Counted from the stretch's first letter, positions 7,609 through 17,488 are shown. The stretch is 64,000 nucleotides of DNA from Stenotrophomonas sp. (GCA_035629025.1 DASPIU010000059.1:93299-157298), one strand, 5' to 3'. Made by a program: numbers and translations. Notes: generated from the letters alone by a model not told the origin.

Positions 7609-9330
7609 TCAGCGCCGCAAGTTGACCTTGGCCAGATCCAGCACCTGGCCGCCGCGGCCATCGAGCACCGCCTTCATCAGGAACAAGCCGAAGTTCGACG
7701 CCTGACCCCAGGTGGTCTTCGGCGGCATCACCAGTTCCTGCCGCGCGCTGACCACGTCCACCAGCGCCGGGCCCGGATGGGCGAAGGCCTGCTCCAGTGC
7801 GCCACGCAATTCGCCCGGCCGCTCCACGCGCCAGGCCGCCACGCCCATGGCCCTGGCCATGGCGGCAAAGTCGGGGTTGACCAGTTCGCAGCCGGTATCG
7901 AGCAGGCCCGCCGCCTGCATTTCCAGTTCGACAAAGCCCAGCGTGCCGTTGTTGAGCACGACCACCTTCACCGGCAGGCCGAGTTGGCGCAGGGTGATGA
8001 AGTCACCCATCATCATGCTGAAACCGCCATCGCCGGACAGCGATACCACCTGCCTGCCCGGGTGGCTGGCCTGCGCGCCGATCGCCTGCAGCATCGCATT
8101 GGCCATCGAGCCATGGTTGAACGAACCGAGCAGCCGGCGCTTGCCATTCAATTGCAGGTAGCGCGCGGCCCACGCGGTAGGCGTGCCGACATCGCAGGTG
8201 AAGATGGCATCGTCAGCGGCCAGTTCGCTGACCAGACGGTTGAGCTGCTGCGGATGGACGACATCGCCATCCGGATCGATCCGCGCCAGTTCGTCGAGTT
8301 CGGCCCGCGCCTTGGCGTAGTGCGCACGGGCGCTGTCCAGATGCGCCGAATCGGTCTTGGCGGTCACATGCGGCAGCAGCTGCGGCAGTGCGTGGCGCAG
8401 GTCGGCCTGGATGCCGACCTCGATCGCCGTGCGGTTGCCCAGCGAGGCCGGGTCCAGGTCGATCTGGATCACCCGCGCCTTGTCCGGATAGAACTGCCGG
8501 TACGGGAAATTGGTGCCGAGCAGCAGCAAGGTGTCGCATTCCTTCATCGCCGCGTAGCCCGATGCGAAGCCGATCAGCCCGGTCATGCCCACGTCGTAGG
8601 GATTGTCATGCTCCAGCCACTCCTTGCCGCGCAGCGCGTGGACGATCGGCGCGCGCAGCTTCTCGGCCAGGGCAATCACGTCGCCGCGGGCCTGCGCGCA
8701 ACCGGCACCGCACAACAGAGTGACCTTGCTGGAGCTGTTGAGGATATCGGCGGCGCGGCGCAGTTCGACGGGGTCGGCACTGATCACCGGCGGTGCCGGG
8801 GTGAGCCACTTCGGCAGCGGCGCGTCCAGCGGCGCCAGCGCGGTGTCGCCGGAAATCACCACCACCGCCACGCCGCGGCGCGCCACGGCCACGCGCATGG
8901 CCCGTTCCAGCACCTGCGGCAGCTGCTCGGGCTGCGATACCAGCTCGACGTAATGGCTGCATTCGCGGAACAGCTGCTCCGGATGGGTGGCCTGAAAATA
9001 GTCGATGCCGATCTCGCTGCTGGGGATATGCGCGGCAATGGCCAGGACCGGCGCGCCGCTGCGGTGGCAGTCGAACAGACCATTGATCAGGTGCAGGTTG
9101 CCCGGCCCGCAACTGCCGGCGCACACCGCCAGCTTGCCGGTCAGCTGCGCCTCGGCGCCGGCGGCGAAGGCACCGGCCTCCTCGTGGCGCATGTGTATCC
9201 ATTCGATGCGGCCGCGCGCGCGCAGCGCCTCGGTGAAGCCGTTCAAGGAGTCGCCTACGACACCGTAGACGCGCTCGACACCTGCCATTTCCAGTACCTG
9301 GGCCAGATACTGGGCCGCGTTGTCGGTCAT
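7609..9330 (-). CDS. poxB: Pyruvate dehydrogenase (quinone) / pyruvate oxidase, ThDP-dependent
   Basis: 573 aa, the same length class as E. coli PoxB. N-terminal ThDP-pyrimidine domain (VYGVVGDSLNG, HEEAGAFAA). ThDP-binding motif GDGGFSMMMGDF...VVLNNG. Confidence 0.88.
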   Translation of the reverse strand: MTDNAAQYLAQVLEMAGVERVYGVVGDSLNGFTEALRARGRIEWIHMRHEEAGAFAAGAEAQLTGKLAVCAGSCGPGNLHLINGLFDCHRSGAPVLAIAAHIPSSEIGIDYFQATHPEQLFRECSHYVELVSQPEQLPQVLERAMRVAVARRGVAVVVISGDTALAPLDAPLPKWLTPAPPVISADPVELRRAADILNSSSKVTLLCGAGCAQARGDVIALAEKLRAPIVHALRGKEWLEHDNPYDVGMTGLIGFASGYAAMKECDTLLLLGTNFPYRQFYPDKARVIQIDLDPASLGNRTAIEVGIQADLRHALPQLLPHVTAKTDSAHLDSARAHYAKARAELDELARIDPDGDVVHPQQLNRLVSELAADDAIFTCDVGTPTAWAARYLQLNGKRRLLGSFNHGSMANAMLQAIGAQASHPGRQVVSLSGDGGFSMMMGDFITLRQLGLPVKVVVLNNGTLGFVELEMQAAGLLDTGCELVNPDFAAMARAMGVAAWRVERPGELRGALEQAFAHPGPALVDVVSARQELVMPPKTTWGQASNFGLFLMKAVLDGRGGQVLDLAKVNLRR

Positions 9331-9343
9331 CTCGCATACCTCG

Positions 9344-9361
9344 CTGGGGGCAAGGCCCCAG
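9344..9361 (-). terminator. GC hairpin downstream of the receptor/symporter/GH43/epimerase gene string
   Basis: CTGGGG-gcaagg-CCCCAG lies 50 bp after the stop at 9412. There is no U-tract, so this is only a hairpin call. Confidence 0.3.
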
Positions 9362-9411
9362 CTTAGGGCGTGCGCGATGACGGCGGAATCATGCCTTGGT
9401 GGGGGACGCGC

Positions 9412-10227
9412 TCAGGCGAACTGCAGGTCGAACCAGGTCGCGACCATCTCGCCCGGTGCCAGCGCTTCATCCGGGCGCAGGTTGAAGGCATCCGGCGGGC
9501 CGCTCTGCGGCTCGAAGCAGGTGGCGTGCGCGGTCTCGTCGTAATAGACCCAGTGGTCGCTGTCCGAACGCAGGATCACCCGCCGGCCTTCGCGCTCGAT
9601 CACCACCGGCGTGTCGCACAGGTAGCAGTCGTCGCGCGGGCCCGGTGGCGGCGCCAGCGGCAAGGTCGCGATGCCCTCGGCGTCGCGCGGGTAGTAGGCG
9701 CGTGGCGCGAAGTCGAAGCGGTCGAGCTTGCGGAACCACGGGTGCCAGCCCAGCACCGGGCGCGGCATGGCATGGCGACCCGCCTGCAACTGCATGCGCA
9801 GGCCCAGGCGCCCGGGTTCGACGATGATGTCCTGCAGCACACGGCCAGCAAACGGCCATTGCGCGTCCTCGCCCAGTTCCAGGGCCAGGGTCAGCGCCTG
9901 CGCGCTGCGCGCCACCACCTCCCAGCTGCGCAGGAAGCCCACGCCATGGATCGCGTGCGCGCCCAGGCCGCAAGGCAGTTGCCAGGCCTGTCCTTCAAAG
10001 TTGAAGCGCCCATGGCGAATGCGCCCGGCCCACGGCACCATCGGGTATGCGCCCCAGGAAATCGCGCCGGGGAAGCCGGCGTCCGGGCCGATCAGCCAAT
10101 CCACGCCGGCATGGCGGATCTGCGCGACGCGGCCCCCCTCCTCCGGCGCCACCACGACCTGCAGGTCGCCGCAGGTCAACACGATGCACTCGCCCACCGG
10201 CAGCGCTGTCATTGCGAAGTCAATCAT
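9412..10227 (-). CDS. Aldose 1-epimerase (mutarotase) family protein
   Basis: YPMVPWAGRIRHGRFNFEGQ...HAIHGVGF...GWHPWF...CFEPQSGPPDAFN matches the aldose-epimerase fold signatures. Start is either ATG 10227 (8-nt overlap with GH43) or ATG 10212. Confidence 0.72.
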   Translation of the reverse strand: MIDFAMTALPVGECIVLTCGDLQVVVAPEEGGRVAQIRHAGVDWLIGPDAGFPGAISWGAYPMVPWAGRIRHGRFNFEGQAWQLPCGLGAHAIHGVGFLRSWEVVARSAQALTLALELGEDAQWPFAGRVLQDIIVEPGRLGLRMQLQAGRHAMPRPVLGWHPWFRKLDRFDFAPRAYYPRDAEGIATLPLAPPPGPRDDCYLCDTPVVIEREGRRVILRSDSDHWVYYDETAHATCFEPQSGPPDAFNLRPDEALAPGEMVATWFDLQFA

Positions 10228-11239
10228 GGCCGTAAGGATGCACGGTATCGATGCGTCCGTGTGCATCGTGATGCAGCTCTGTGACCTTCATCGAGCGCAG
10301 GTGGGTGACGCCGCCTGACAATAGCGAGTCGTGGTAGTACAGCCACCAGCGGCCATCGAACTGCACGATGGAATGGTGCGTGGTCCAGCCGACCACCGGG
10401 CTCAGCACGCGGCCCTGGTAGGTGAAGGGTCCATACGGGCTGTCGCCGGTGGCATAGCAGATGTAGTGCGTGTTGCCGGTGGAATACGACAGGTAGTACT
10501 TGCCGGCATGGCGGTGCAGCCACGGGCCCTCGAAATAGCGGCGGTCGTGATCGCCGGCGCGCAGCGGCTGGCCGTGTTCGTCGAGGATCACGATCTCGCG
10601 CGGCGCTTCGGCAAAGCCGGTCATGTCCTCGCGCAGGCGTGCCATGCGCGGGCCCAGTGCAGGCTGGTCATCGGCCGGCTCTTCGTGCGCGGCGTCGTAG
10701 CGGTTGTCGCGGTACTTCTGCAACTGCCCGCCCCAGATGCCGCCGAAGTACAGGTAATGCTGGCCATCCTCATCGGCAAACACGGCCGGGTCGATGGAAT
10801 AGCTGCCGGCGATCGGCTCGGGCTCGGCGCGGAAGGGACCTTCCGGGCGCTCGCCCACGGCCACGCCGATCTGGAAGATGCCGTCGGCACGCTTGGCCGG
10901 AAAATACAGGTAATAGCGCCCGTTGCGCTCGGCCGCATCCGGCGCCCACATCTGCCGTTGCGCCCAGGGCACGTCGCGCACGTGCAGCGCCACACCGCAA
11001 TCCACCGCCTCGCCCTGCGGGTGGTCCATGCGGTAGACGTGGTAGTCCACCATCGCGAAGTGGTCGCCGTTGTCGTTGAAGGCAACGCCGCCATCGATGT
11101 CGTGCGAGGGATACAGATACACGCGGCCCTGGAACACGTGGGCGGACGGGTCTGCGGTGTATTGGTCGGTGACCAGCGGGGCGGAAATGGCCTTGCGGGC
11201 CAGCGCTTCCAGGCGTGCCGGATCGAGGGTTTCGCTCAT
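10220..11239 (-). CDS. GH43 beta-xylosidase / alpha-L-arabinofuranosidase (cytoplasmic type)
   Basis: 339 aa with no signal peptide. Motifs: YTADPSAHVF, MWAPDA, YYLYF, SIDPAVF, YFEGPWL (GH43 five-bladed propeller catalytic D/D/E context). Confidence 0.88.
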   Translation of the reverse strand: MSETLDPARLEALARKAISAPLVTDQYTADPSAHVFQGRVYLYPSHDIDGGVAFNDNGDHFAMVDYHVYRMDHPQGEAVDCGVALHVRDVPWAQRQMWAPDAAERNGRYYLYFPAKRADGIFQIGVAVGERPEGPFRAEPEPIAGSYSIDPAVFADEDGQHYLYFGGIWGGQLQKYRDNRYDAAHEEPADDQPALGPRMARLREDMTGFAEAPREIVILDEHGQPLRAGDHDRRYFEGPWLHRHAGKYYLSYSTGNTHYICYATGDSPYGPFTYQGRVLSPVVGWTTHHSIVQFDGRWWLYYHDSLLSGGVTHLRSMKVTELHHDAHGRIDTVHPYGHD

Positions 11240-11268
11240 GGGGTGTGCCAGGTGGGGGGTCCAGGGTG

Positions 11269-12753
11269 TCAGGCGGTGGCGGCAGCACTGGCGCGGCGCG
11301 CGTCCAGATCGCGTTCGATGCGCACCTCGGTGCGCTTGTCGATTTCATACAGGAACAGCAGCATGATCCCGGCCAGGAACGGCAGGGAAGCGTACACGCT
11401 CACCGACAGCTTGATGCCGTTGGCCACGGCCGGCGCCTGCGTGGCCGCATCGGCATCGTAGCCGTAATGGGCCAGGATGCCCGCCACCAGCGCGCCGCCG
11501 ATGCTCAGGCCGATCTTCAGGCCGCACAGCATCGCCGAGAAGATGATGGCGGTGGCGCGGCGGTGGTTCTTCCATTCGGAGTAGTCGGCCACGTCGGCGA
11601 TCATCGCCCACAGCAGCGGCGTGGTGATGCCGTAGAAGAAGCCGTGCAGGATGTAGAACAGCACCACCAGGCCCACGGCCTGCGGCGGGAAGAACAGGTA
11701 GGCGAGCAGGCACAGGGTCGAGACCAGCAGCGCGCCGCCAAACACGTCGCGCTTGCCGAAGCGCTCGGCCAGGCGGCGCGAGAAGCCGATGCCGATGATC
11801 ATGGCGATGATGCCGCCGGCACTGAACAGGCTGAAGGCCGAGGTCGGCGCGTCCTGCGGCCACTGGAACGCGGCCAGCCCCATGCTGGCCAGCACCTGGT
11901 TGAGCGCGGCGAGGAAATGGTTGAAGCCGACGTTGTCGATGAAGGCGGCCAGGTCCGGCTCGCTGAGGTAGTACTTGAAGTAGTAGATGTACATCCCGCC
12001 CTTCAGGGCCAGGGTGACGAACACCAGGATGGTCAGCGCCAGCATCACCAGCCAGGGCCGGTTGCGTAGCAGGTCGGCCAGGTCCTGGCGCACGCTGCCG
12101 CTCTCGCCGGTCACCGGCAACACGCGCTCGCGGGTGGTGAAGAAGGTGATGAAGAAGAACACCGTGCCGATGACCGCGAACACCGCCATCGTGTGCTGAA
12201 AGCCCAGCGCCTTGTCGCCCCCACCCAGGATCAGCACCAGCGGCAGCAGCAGCACCTGGATGATGAACTGCGCAATCATCACCGCCACGAAGCGGTAGGC
12301 CGACAGGCTGTTGCGCTGGTCCATGTTGCCGGTGAGCACGCCGCTCAGTGCCGAATACGGCAGGTTGTTGGCCACATACACCAGCATCAGCAAGGTGTAG
12401 GTGGCCAGGGCATAGGCGATCTTGCCGTGCTGGCCCAGCTCCGGGGTGCTGAAGGCCAGCAGCGACAGCAGGCCGAACGGCACCGCGGTCCACAGGATCC
12501 ACGGCCTGAACTTGCCCCAGCGGCTGCGCGTGCGGTCGGCGATGATGCCCACCACCGGGGTGAAGACGAAGGCGCCGAGCAGGCCGACGAAGAAGATCAC
12601 CGCCGCGGCGGCCGAGGCCGGGATGCGGTAGACGTCGGTATAGAAGAAGGCCAGGAAGCTGATCAGGGTCTGGAAGATCAGGTTCGCGGCCAGGTCGCCC
12701 AGGCTGTAGCCGATCTTCTCGGTGACCGAAAGTGGTGCAGACGTACTGTTCAT
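11269..12753 (-). CDS. Glycoside-pentoside-hexuronide (GPH) cation symporter, xyloside-transporter-like
   Basis: 494 aa, about 12 TM segments. The N-terminal KIGYSLGDLAANLIFQ...FYTDV and DRTRSRWGKFRPW motifs are typical of the MelB/XylP/YicJ family. Confidence 0.88.
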   Translation of the reverse strand: MNSTSAPLSVTEKIGYSLGDLAANLIFQTLISFLAFFYTDVYRIPASAAAAVIFFVGLLGAFVFTPVVGIIADRTRSRWGKFRPWILWTAVPFGLLSLLAFSTPELGQHGKIAYALATYTLLMLVYVANNLPYSALSGVLTGNMDQRNSLSAYRFVAVMIAQFIIQVLLLPLVLILGGGDKALGFQHTMAVFAVIGTVFFFITFFTTRERVLPVTGESGSVRQDLADLLRNRPWLVMLALTILVFVTLALKGGMYIYYFKYYLSEPDLAAFIDNVGFNHFLAALNQVLASMGLAAFQWPQDAPTSAFSLFSAGGIIAMIIGIGFSRRLAERFGKRDVFGGALLVSTLCLLAYLFFPPQAVGLVVLFYILHGFFYGITTPLLWAMIADVADYSEWKNHRRATAIIFSAMLCGLKIGLSIGGALVAGILAHYGYDADAATQAPAVANGIKLSVSVYASLPFLAGIMLLFLYEIDKRTEVRIERDLDARRASAAATA

Positions 12754-12788
12754 GGATCCCCTGGCGGATGTAAGGAACGCGGCCGCGG

Positions 12789-12818
12789 CCGGCGGCGCCT
12801 GGAGGGAGGCGCCGCCGG
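12789..12818 (-). other. 11-bp all-GC hairpin between the TonB-dependent receptor and symporter genes
   Basis: CCGGCGGCGCC-tggaggga-GGCGCCGCCGG. It starts 21 nt after the receptor stop and ends 36 nt before the symporter ATG. Confidence 0.5.
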
Positions 12819-12838
12819 TCCGCAGTCGCGGTGACGGC

Positions 12839-15784
12839 TCAGAACGTGCCGCGGATGCCGAGCATGATGGTACGGCCCGGGTAGTACAGATCGTAAGTGG
12901 CGTTGGGCCAGGCGAAGGTCGTGCGCAGCGGCTCGTCGGTGATGTTGGTCACGTTGAGGGTGATCTGCGGCTGCGACGGCAGCGAAGCCAGGGTGTAGCT
13001 GGCCGACAGGTCGAGCTGGCCGCGCGCATCGGCGTTCAGGCGCGCATACGGGATGCCGTTCTGGTTGGCACCGGAGATGATCATGTCGTCATTCCAGGTG
13101 TAGGACACGCGCACCGAGGCCGGCCCCCTCTCCCAGTACACCGTGCCGTTCCACAGGTTCGGCGCCACGCCTTCGGCCACCGCCGGCACGCCCTCGCCTT
13201 CCGAGTCCTGCTTGACGTGGGTGTAGTTGGCGGTGAAGCCCAGGCCGTCGAGCAGCACGTCCAGCGGCTGCACCCAGATCGCCTCGACGCCGCGGATGTT
13301 GAGCACGCCATCGGCATTGACCTGGGTCTGCACGTCCACCGTGGCCGCGTCCGGGCCGCCGCGCTGCTGCAGGGCCGCCTGCTGGGTCGGCAGCAAGCTG
13401 TCATACGGCACGCCGAGGTCGGCAAACGGAATGCGGCGCACGCCGTTGACAGTGAAGCCGTTGATGCGCTTGTTGAACAAGGTCAGGCCGACATAGCCTT
13501 CCTCGCCGGTATACCACTCGCCACCCAGGTCGAAATTGGTCGACAGGTACGGGGCCAGGTTCGGGTTGCCCTGCGAGGCGGTCTGCGCCGAGGGGTCGCT
13601 GAAGTTGGTGGCCGGGATCATCGAGCTGGGGTTGGGCCGGGTCAGCGTGCGCGAGCCGGACATGCGCAGCACCACGTTGTCGGCCACGTCCCAGGCCACG
13701 TTGAACGAAGGCAGCAGCTCCTTGTAGTCCGAGTCCAGCGACTGCCACTGGCGCGTGCCGCCGATCGTGATCGGGCCGCTGATGGTCTGGTCGGTGGTGA
13801 CATAGCGCATGCCGGCGTTGAAGCGCAGGTTGCGGTTCCAGACCTCGGTCTCGGCGTTGGCCTCGACGTAGAAGCCCCAGTTCTTTTCCTCGATGCCACC
13901 GGTGGAGGCGCCGGTGTTGGCCGAGTTGCTCTCCGGCGCCGAATCGCGCAGTGCGGCATAGCCGGTGTCGCGCATGAAGCTGTCGAAGTCCACCGTGACG
14001 AAGCCATAGGGGCCCGGGCGCAGGTACGAAGCCAGCGCAGACTGCGGCACCGCTGAACCCGGCCCGCCGGTGCAGGTCGTGCCCAGGCCGCGGCAGACCA
14101 CGGTTTCCCAGGCCACGCTGTTGTCGAAGCCCTGGATGCGGCGCTCGGCCTGGTCGTAGGAGAAGCCGACCTTGATGTTGCGGCGGTCCTCGCCGAACTG
14201 CAGGTCCGCGCGCGCGCCCTGGGTTTCGGTCACGCGCTTTTCGTTGTTGATGTTGACGCGGCCGCCGCCGCTCCAGGTCCAGCCCAGGTTGGGATCGTTG
14301 AGGTCCAGCCCGCTGCTGATGCTGGGCTGGTCGCCGCCGGTGTTCTGGTACTGCACGGTGGTGATCGGCGAGTTGACCAGGATCGTCGGCGATTCGCGGA
14401 ACATCCAGCTGCGCGTGGCATTGGCCTGCACGTTGAGCTTGATGTCCTGGTCATCGCCAAACAGCAGTTCGGCGCCCGGATTGACGCTCCAGAACTTCAC
14501 GTCTTCGCGGTACGGCCGCGCTTCCAGGAAGTACTGCGCGTTGGCGAAGGTGGCGCTGGTGACGACGTTGTTCGCGTCGACCTGCATGTCCAGCGGGATC
14601 ATGCCGCCGTTGCGGCCGATCAGGTTCATGTCGATGCGGTCGTTGCTGCGGTGTGCCTCGGAGTACAGCGTATCGAGGTAGAAATGCATGGCGTCGTTGG
14701 GCCGCCATTCCATCGACATCACCGCCGCGTCGCGATCGCGGTCGCCTTCCATGTAGACATCACGGCCCAGGCGCGGAATCAATGCCTCGCTGATCTGGTT
14801 GATGTTCAGACCCGGGTTGTGCGCGAGCAGCCAGTTCGCGTCGATGACCTGGCCCGGCGTCAGTCCGGCAGCGGCGCCGCTGGCCGGCACGGTGTCGGGG
14901 ATGCGCCAGTTGCCGCCGCCGTTGACGTTGCAGGCCGCCGGCTGATTCGTGGCCGGCGTACCCGCTGGCGGCGTGAGGCCACACTGCGTATAGGTCAGGC
15001 CGGGGTTGGTCCAGCCGACGCTCTCGAAACCCTCCACGCCGATCTTGCCGCGGCTGGATGTGACCCCGCCGAGAATGCCGAAAGTCCCGGCCTCGTTGGT
15101 CCAGGTACCCAGCACCGAACCATTCGGGCTGATCTTGTCGGAGGTGCTGTTATGGCCGCCTTGCAGCGCGTAGGTCACATGGCTGCCGGGGCGATCGAAC
15201 GGCCGCGCGCTGCGCATGTCCACCACGCCGGAAACACCGCCTTCGAGCATGCTCGCGGTGGGCGTCTTGCTCACGGTGAGCTGGGTGAAGAACTCGGTCG
15301 GGAACAGGTTGAGGTCGACTTCGCGGTTCTGGTTCTGCGCGTTGAGGCCGATCGACGCGGTGGCAATGCTGGTGCCGTTGAGCGTGGTCTTGGTGAAGCT
15401 CGAACCCAGGCCGCGGATGGCGATGTTCAGACCCTCGCCATTGACGTCGCGCGACAGCTGCACGCCGGGGATGCGGTTGAGCGATTCGGCGATGTTCATG
15501 TCAGGAAACTTGCCGATGTCCTCGGCAAACACCGTGTCGGAAAAGGTCACCGAATCGCGCTTGGCATCCGTGGAGAACTGGATGCTGCGGCGGTAGCCCG
15601 AGACCTCGACGCGGTCGAGCGTGGTGACCGCATCCTGCCCGCCCTGCGGCGCCGGCTCCTGCTGGGCCTGCGTGGTGGCGCCCGCCGCATCCTGCGCGAA
15701 TGCCGGGGCAGCGGCCATGCTCAACAGCGCCAGCCCCAGTGCATGCGACAACGTGGTACGTGCGAAATGTGTGTTCACCCTCAC
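12839..15784 (-). CDS. TonB-dependent outer-membrane receptor (xylo-oligosaccharide CUT-locus type)
   Basis: 981 aa with a signal peptide ending AFAQD. TonB-box/plug TTLDRVEVSGYR...NIAESLNRIPGV...IRGLG. The C-terminal beta-barrel ends in ...IMLGIRGTF. GTG start at 15784, or the GTG at 15778 behind GAAGGGAAGGGA. Confidence 0.9.
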   Translation of the reverse strand: MRVNTHFARTTLSHALGLALLSMAAAPAFAQDAAGATTQAQQEPAPQGGQDAVTTLDRVEVSGYRRSIQFSTDAKRDSVTFSDTVFAEDIGKFPDMNIAESLNRIPGVQLSRDVNGEGLNIAIRGLGSSFTKTTLNGTSIATASIGLNAQNQNREVDLNLFPTEFFTQLTVSKTPTASMLEGGVSGVVDMRSARPFDRPGSHVTYALQGGHNSTSDKISPNGSVLGTWTNEAGTFGILGGVTSSRGKIGVEGFESVGWTNPGLTYTQCGLTPPAGTPATNQPAACNVNGGGNWRIPDTVPASGAAAGLTPGQVIDANWLLAHNPGLNINQISEALIPRLGRDVYMEGDRDRDAAVMSMEWRPNDAMHFYLDTLYSEAHRSNDRIDMNLIGRNGGMIPLDMQVDANNVVTSATFANAQYFLEARPYREDVKFWSVNPGAELLFGDDQDIKLNVQANATRSWMFRESPTILVNSPITTVQYQNTGGDQPSISSGLDLNDPNLGWTWSGGGRVNINNEKRVTETQGARADLQFGEDRRNIKVGFSYDQAERRIQGFDNSVAWETVVCRGLGTTCTGGPGSAVPQSALASYLRPGPYGFVTVDFDSFMRDTGYAALRDSAPESNSANTGASTGGIEEKNWGFYVEANAETEVWNRNLRFNAGMRYVTTDQTISGPITIGGTRQWQSLDSDYKELLPSFNVAWDVADNVVLRMSGSRTLTRPNPSSMIPATNFSDPSAQTASQGNPNLAPYLSTNFDLGGEWYTGEEGYVGLTLFNKRINGFTVNGVRRIPFADLGVPYDSLLPTQQAALQQRGGPDAATVDVQTQVNADGVLNIRGVEAIWVQPLDVLLDGLGFTANYTHVKQDSEGEGVPAVAEGVAPNLWNGTVYWERGPASVRVSYTWNDDMIISGANQNGIPYARLNADARGQLDLSASYTLASLPSQPQITLNVTNITDEPLRTTFAWPNATYDLYYPGRTIMLGIRGTF

Positions 15785-15884
15785 TCCCTTCCCTTCGGTT
15801 CGTAAGCGGATGCCGCGCGGCGACGCGTGGCGTTCTGGTCGGACTGCAATGGCGTGGGGGAACCCGCGGGCGGGTCGCGGTGGA

Positions 15885-15898
15885 TGGTAGCGCTATCA
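15885..15898. promoter_or_regulatory. xyl-box-like LacI-type operator (TGGTAGCGCTATCA)
   Basis: 13/14 match to the palindrome TGGTAGCGCTACCA. It lies 100 bp upstream of the receptor start in the divergent receptor/exuT gap. Confidence 0.7.
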
Positions 15899-16051
15899 TC
15901 AAATGGTGCACGCTGCAGGGCAGCAATTCCGCCTGCGCGGCGCAATCGAACATCTGCTCCGGCAGAATGCGCTGGCTGTCAGCGCTGTCATGCACTCCTG
16001 GCGAGGTGCGGTTGCTGGTGGCAGTGGCGCCATGTGCGTCGCACGTGTTAG

Positions 16052-16065
16052 TGATAGCGCTATCA
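16052..16065. promoter_or_regulatory. xyl-box-like LacI-type operator (TGATAGCGCTATCA; perfect 16-bp palindrome 16051..16066)
   Basis: GTGATAGCGCTATCAC is a perfect palindrome about 125 bp upstream of the exuT start. Confidence 0.7.
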
Positions 16066-16189
16066 CCATATGCGAAACCACTGCACTTGCGTGGTTTTCG
16101 CCGATGGTGGCGCGCCGGGCCCGGCGCGAACATGTGCTGCGACGCATCATCGCGGCATGGCCGATGCACCCCGATTGTCTGGAGCCGCA

Positions 16190-17488
16190 GTGAGCCAAGT
16201 TTCCCGCGCCGTGCCCTCGCCCAACCCGACGCCCGGACGCTATCGCTGGCGTGTCTGCGCCATGCTGCTGGCCGCCACCACCATCAACTACATCGATCGC
16301 CAGGTGCTCGGCGTACTGGCGCCGTTCCTGCAGCAGCAGATCGGCTGGAGCGAGGTCGAGTACGGCTACATCGTCACCGCCTTCCAGGCGGCGTACGCCA
16401 TTGGCCTGCTGTGCGCCGGCGCGGTGATCGACCGCTTCGGCACGCGCATCGGCTACGCCATTGCCATTGGCGTGTGGAGCCTGGCGGCGATGAGCCACGC
16501 ACTGGCCACCGGCGTGGTGGGCTTCGCGCTGGCACGCTTTGCACTCGGGCTGGGCGAAGCCGGCAACTTTCCGGCTGCGATCAAGACCGTCGCCGAATGG
16601 TTCCCGCGCCGCGAACGCGCACTGGCCGTCGGCATTTTCAATTCCGGCTCGAACATCGGCGCGGTAGTCGCACCGCTGCTGGTACCGGTGGTGGCCGCCA
16701 CGCTGGGCTGGCAGGCGGCATTCCTGTTCACCGGCGTGCTCAGCGCACTGTGGCTGACGCTATGGCTGAGCTGGTATCGCGCGCCGGAACAGCAGCCGCG
16801 CCTGGGCGTCGCCGAACTGGCCCTGATCCGCAGCGACCCGCCCGAGCCGCATGTGCGGCTGCCATGGCGCAGGCTGCTGCGGCACCGGCAGACCTGGGCG
16901 TTCGTCGCGGCCAAGTTCATGACCGACCCGATCTGGTGGTTCTTCCTGTTCTGGCTGCCGAAATTCCTGCATGCCGAATACGGCCTGTCGCTGCTGCAAC
17001 TGGGGCCGCCGCTGATCGTGATCTTCGTGCTCGCCGATGTCGGCAGCATTGCCGGTGGCTGGCTGGCCGGGCGGCTGATCCACCGAGGCTGGAGCGTCAA
17101 CGCCGCGCGCAAGGGCGCCATGGCGGTGTGTGCGGTGGCGGTGGTGCCGATCGTGTTTGCCGCCCGTGCCGACAATCTGTGGCTGGCCGTGGCCCTGATC
17201 GGACTGGCCACGGCCGGCCACCAGGGCTGGTCGGCCAATGTGCTGACCCTGCCCTCCGACCTGTTTCCGCGGCCGGCGGTGGCATCCGTGGTGGGCATCG
17301 GCGGCTTTGCTGGCGCGGTGTCCGGCATGATGATCGCCACCTTCATCGGCTTCCTGCTCCAGGCGACCGGCAGCTATGTGCCGGTGTTCCTGATGGCCGG
17401 CTCGGCCTATCTGCTGGCGCTGCTGGTGGTGCACCTGCTGGTGCCGCGCCTGGCGCCGGCGCAATTCGATGCAGCGCCGGGCCCGTGA
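16190..17488 (+). CDS. exuT: MFS hexuronate transporter
   Basis: INYIDRQVLGVLAPFLQ..., GLGEAGNFPAAIK and WFPRRERALAVGIFNSGSNIG are typical of the ExuT/ACS family. I prefer GTG 16190 behind GGAG (gives 432 aa). The alternative is ATG 16157. Confidence 0.85.
   Translation: MSQVSRAVPSPNPTPGRYRWRVCAMLLAATTINYIDRQVLGVLAPFLQQQIGWSEVEYGYIVTAFQAAYAIGLLCAGAVIDRFGTRIGYAIAIGVWSLAAMSHALATGVVGFALARFALGLGEAGNFPAAIKTVAEWFPRRERALAVGIFNSGSNIGAVVAPLLVPVVAATLGWQAAFLFTGVLSALWLTLWLSWYRAPEQQPRLGVAELALIRSDPPEPHVRLPWRRLLRHRQTWAFVAAKFMTDPIWWFFLFWLPKFLHAEYGLSLLQLGPPLIVIFVLADVGSIAGGWLAGRLIHRGWSVNAARKGAMAVCAVAVVPIVFAARADNLWLAVALIGLATAGHQGWSANVLTLPSDLFPRPAVASVVGIGGFAGAVSGMMIATFIGFLLQATGSYVPVFLMAGSAYLLALLVVHLLVPRLAPAQFDAAPGP

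Noticed and set aside
16042-16049. CACGTGTT shared between the exuT promoter region and the GAACACGTGTTC palindrome at 49949
   Set aside because: A single shared 8-mer is within chance expectation for 128 kb of two-strand sequence.
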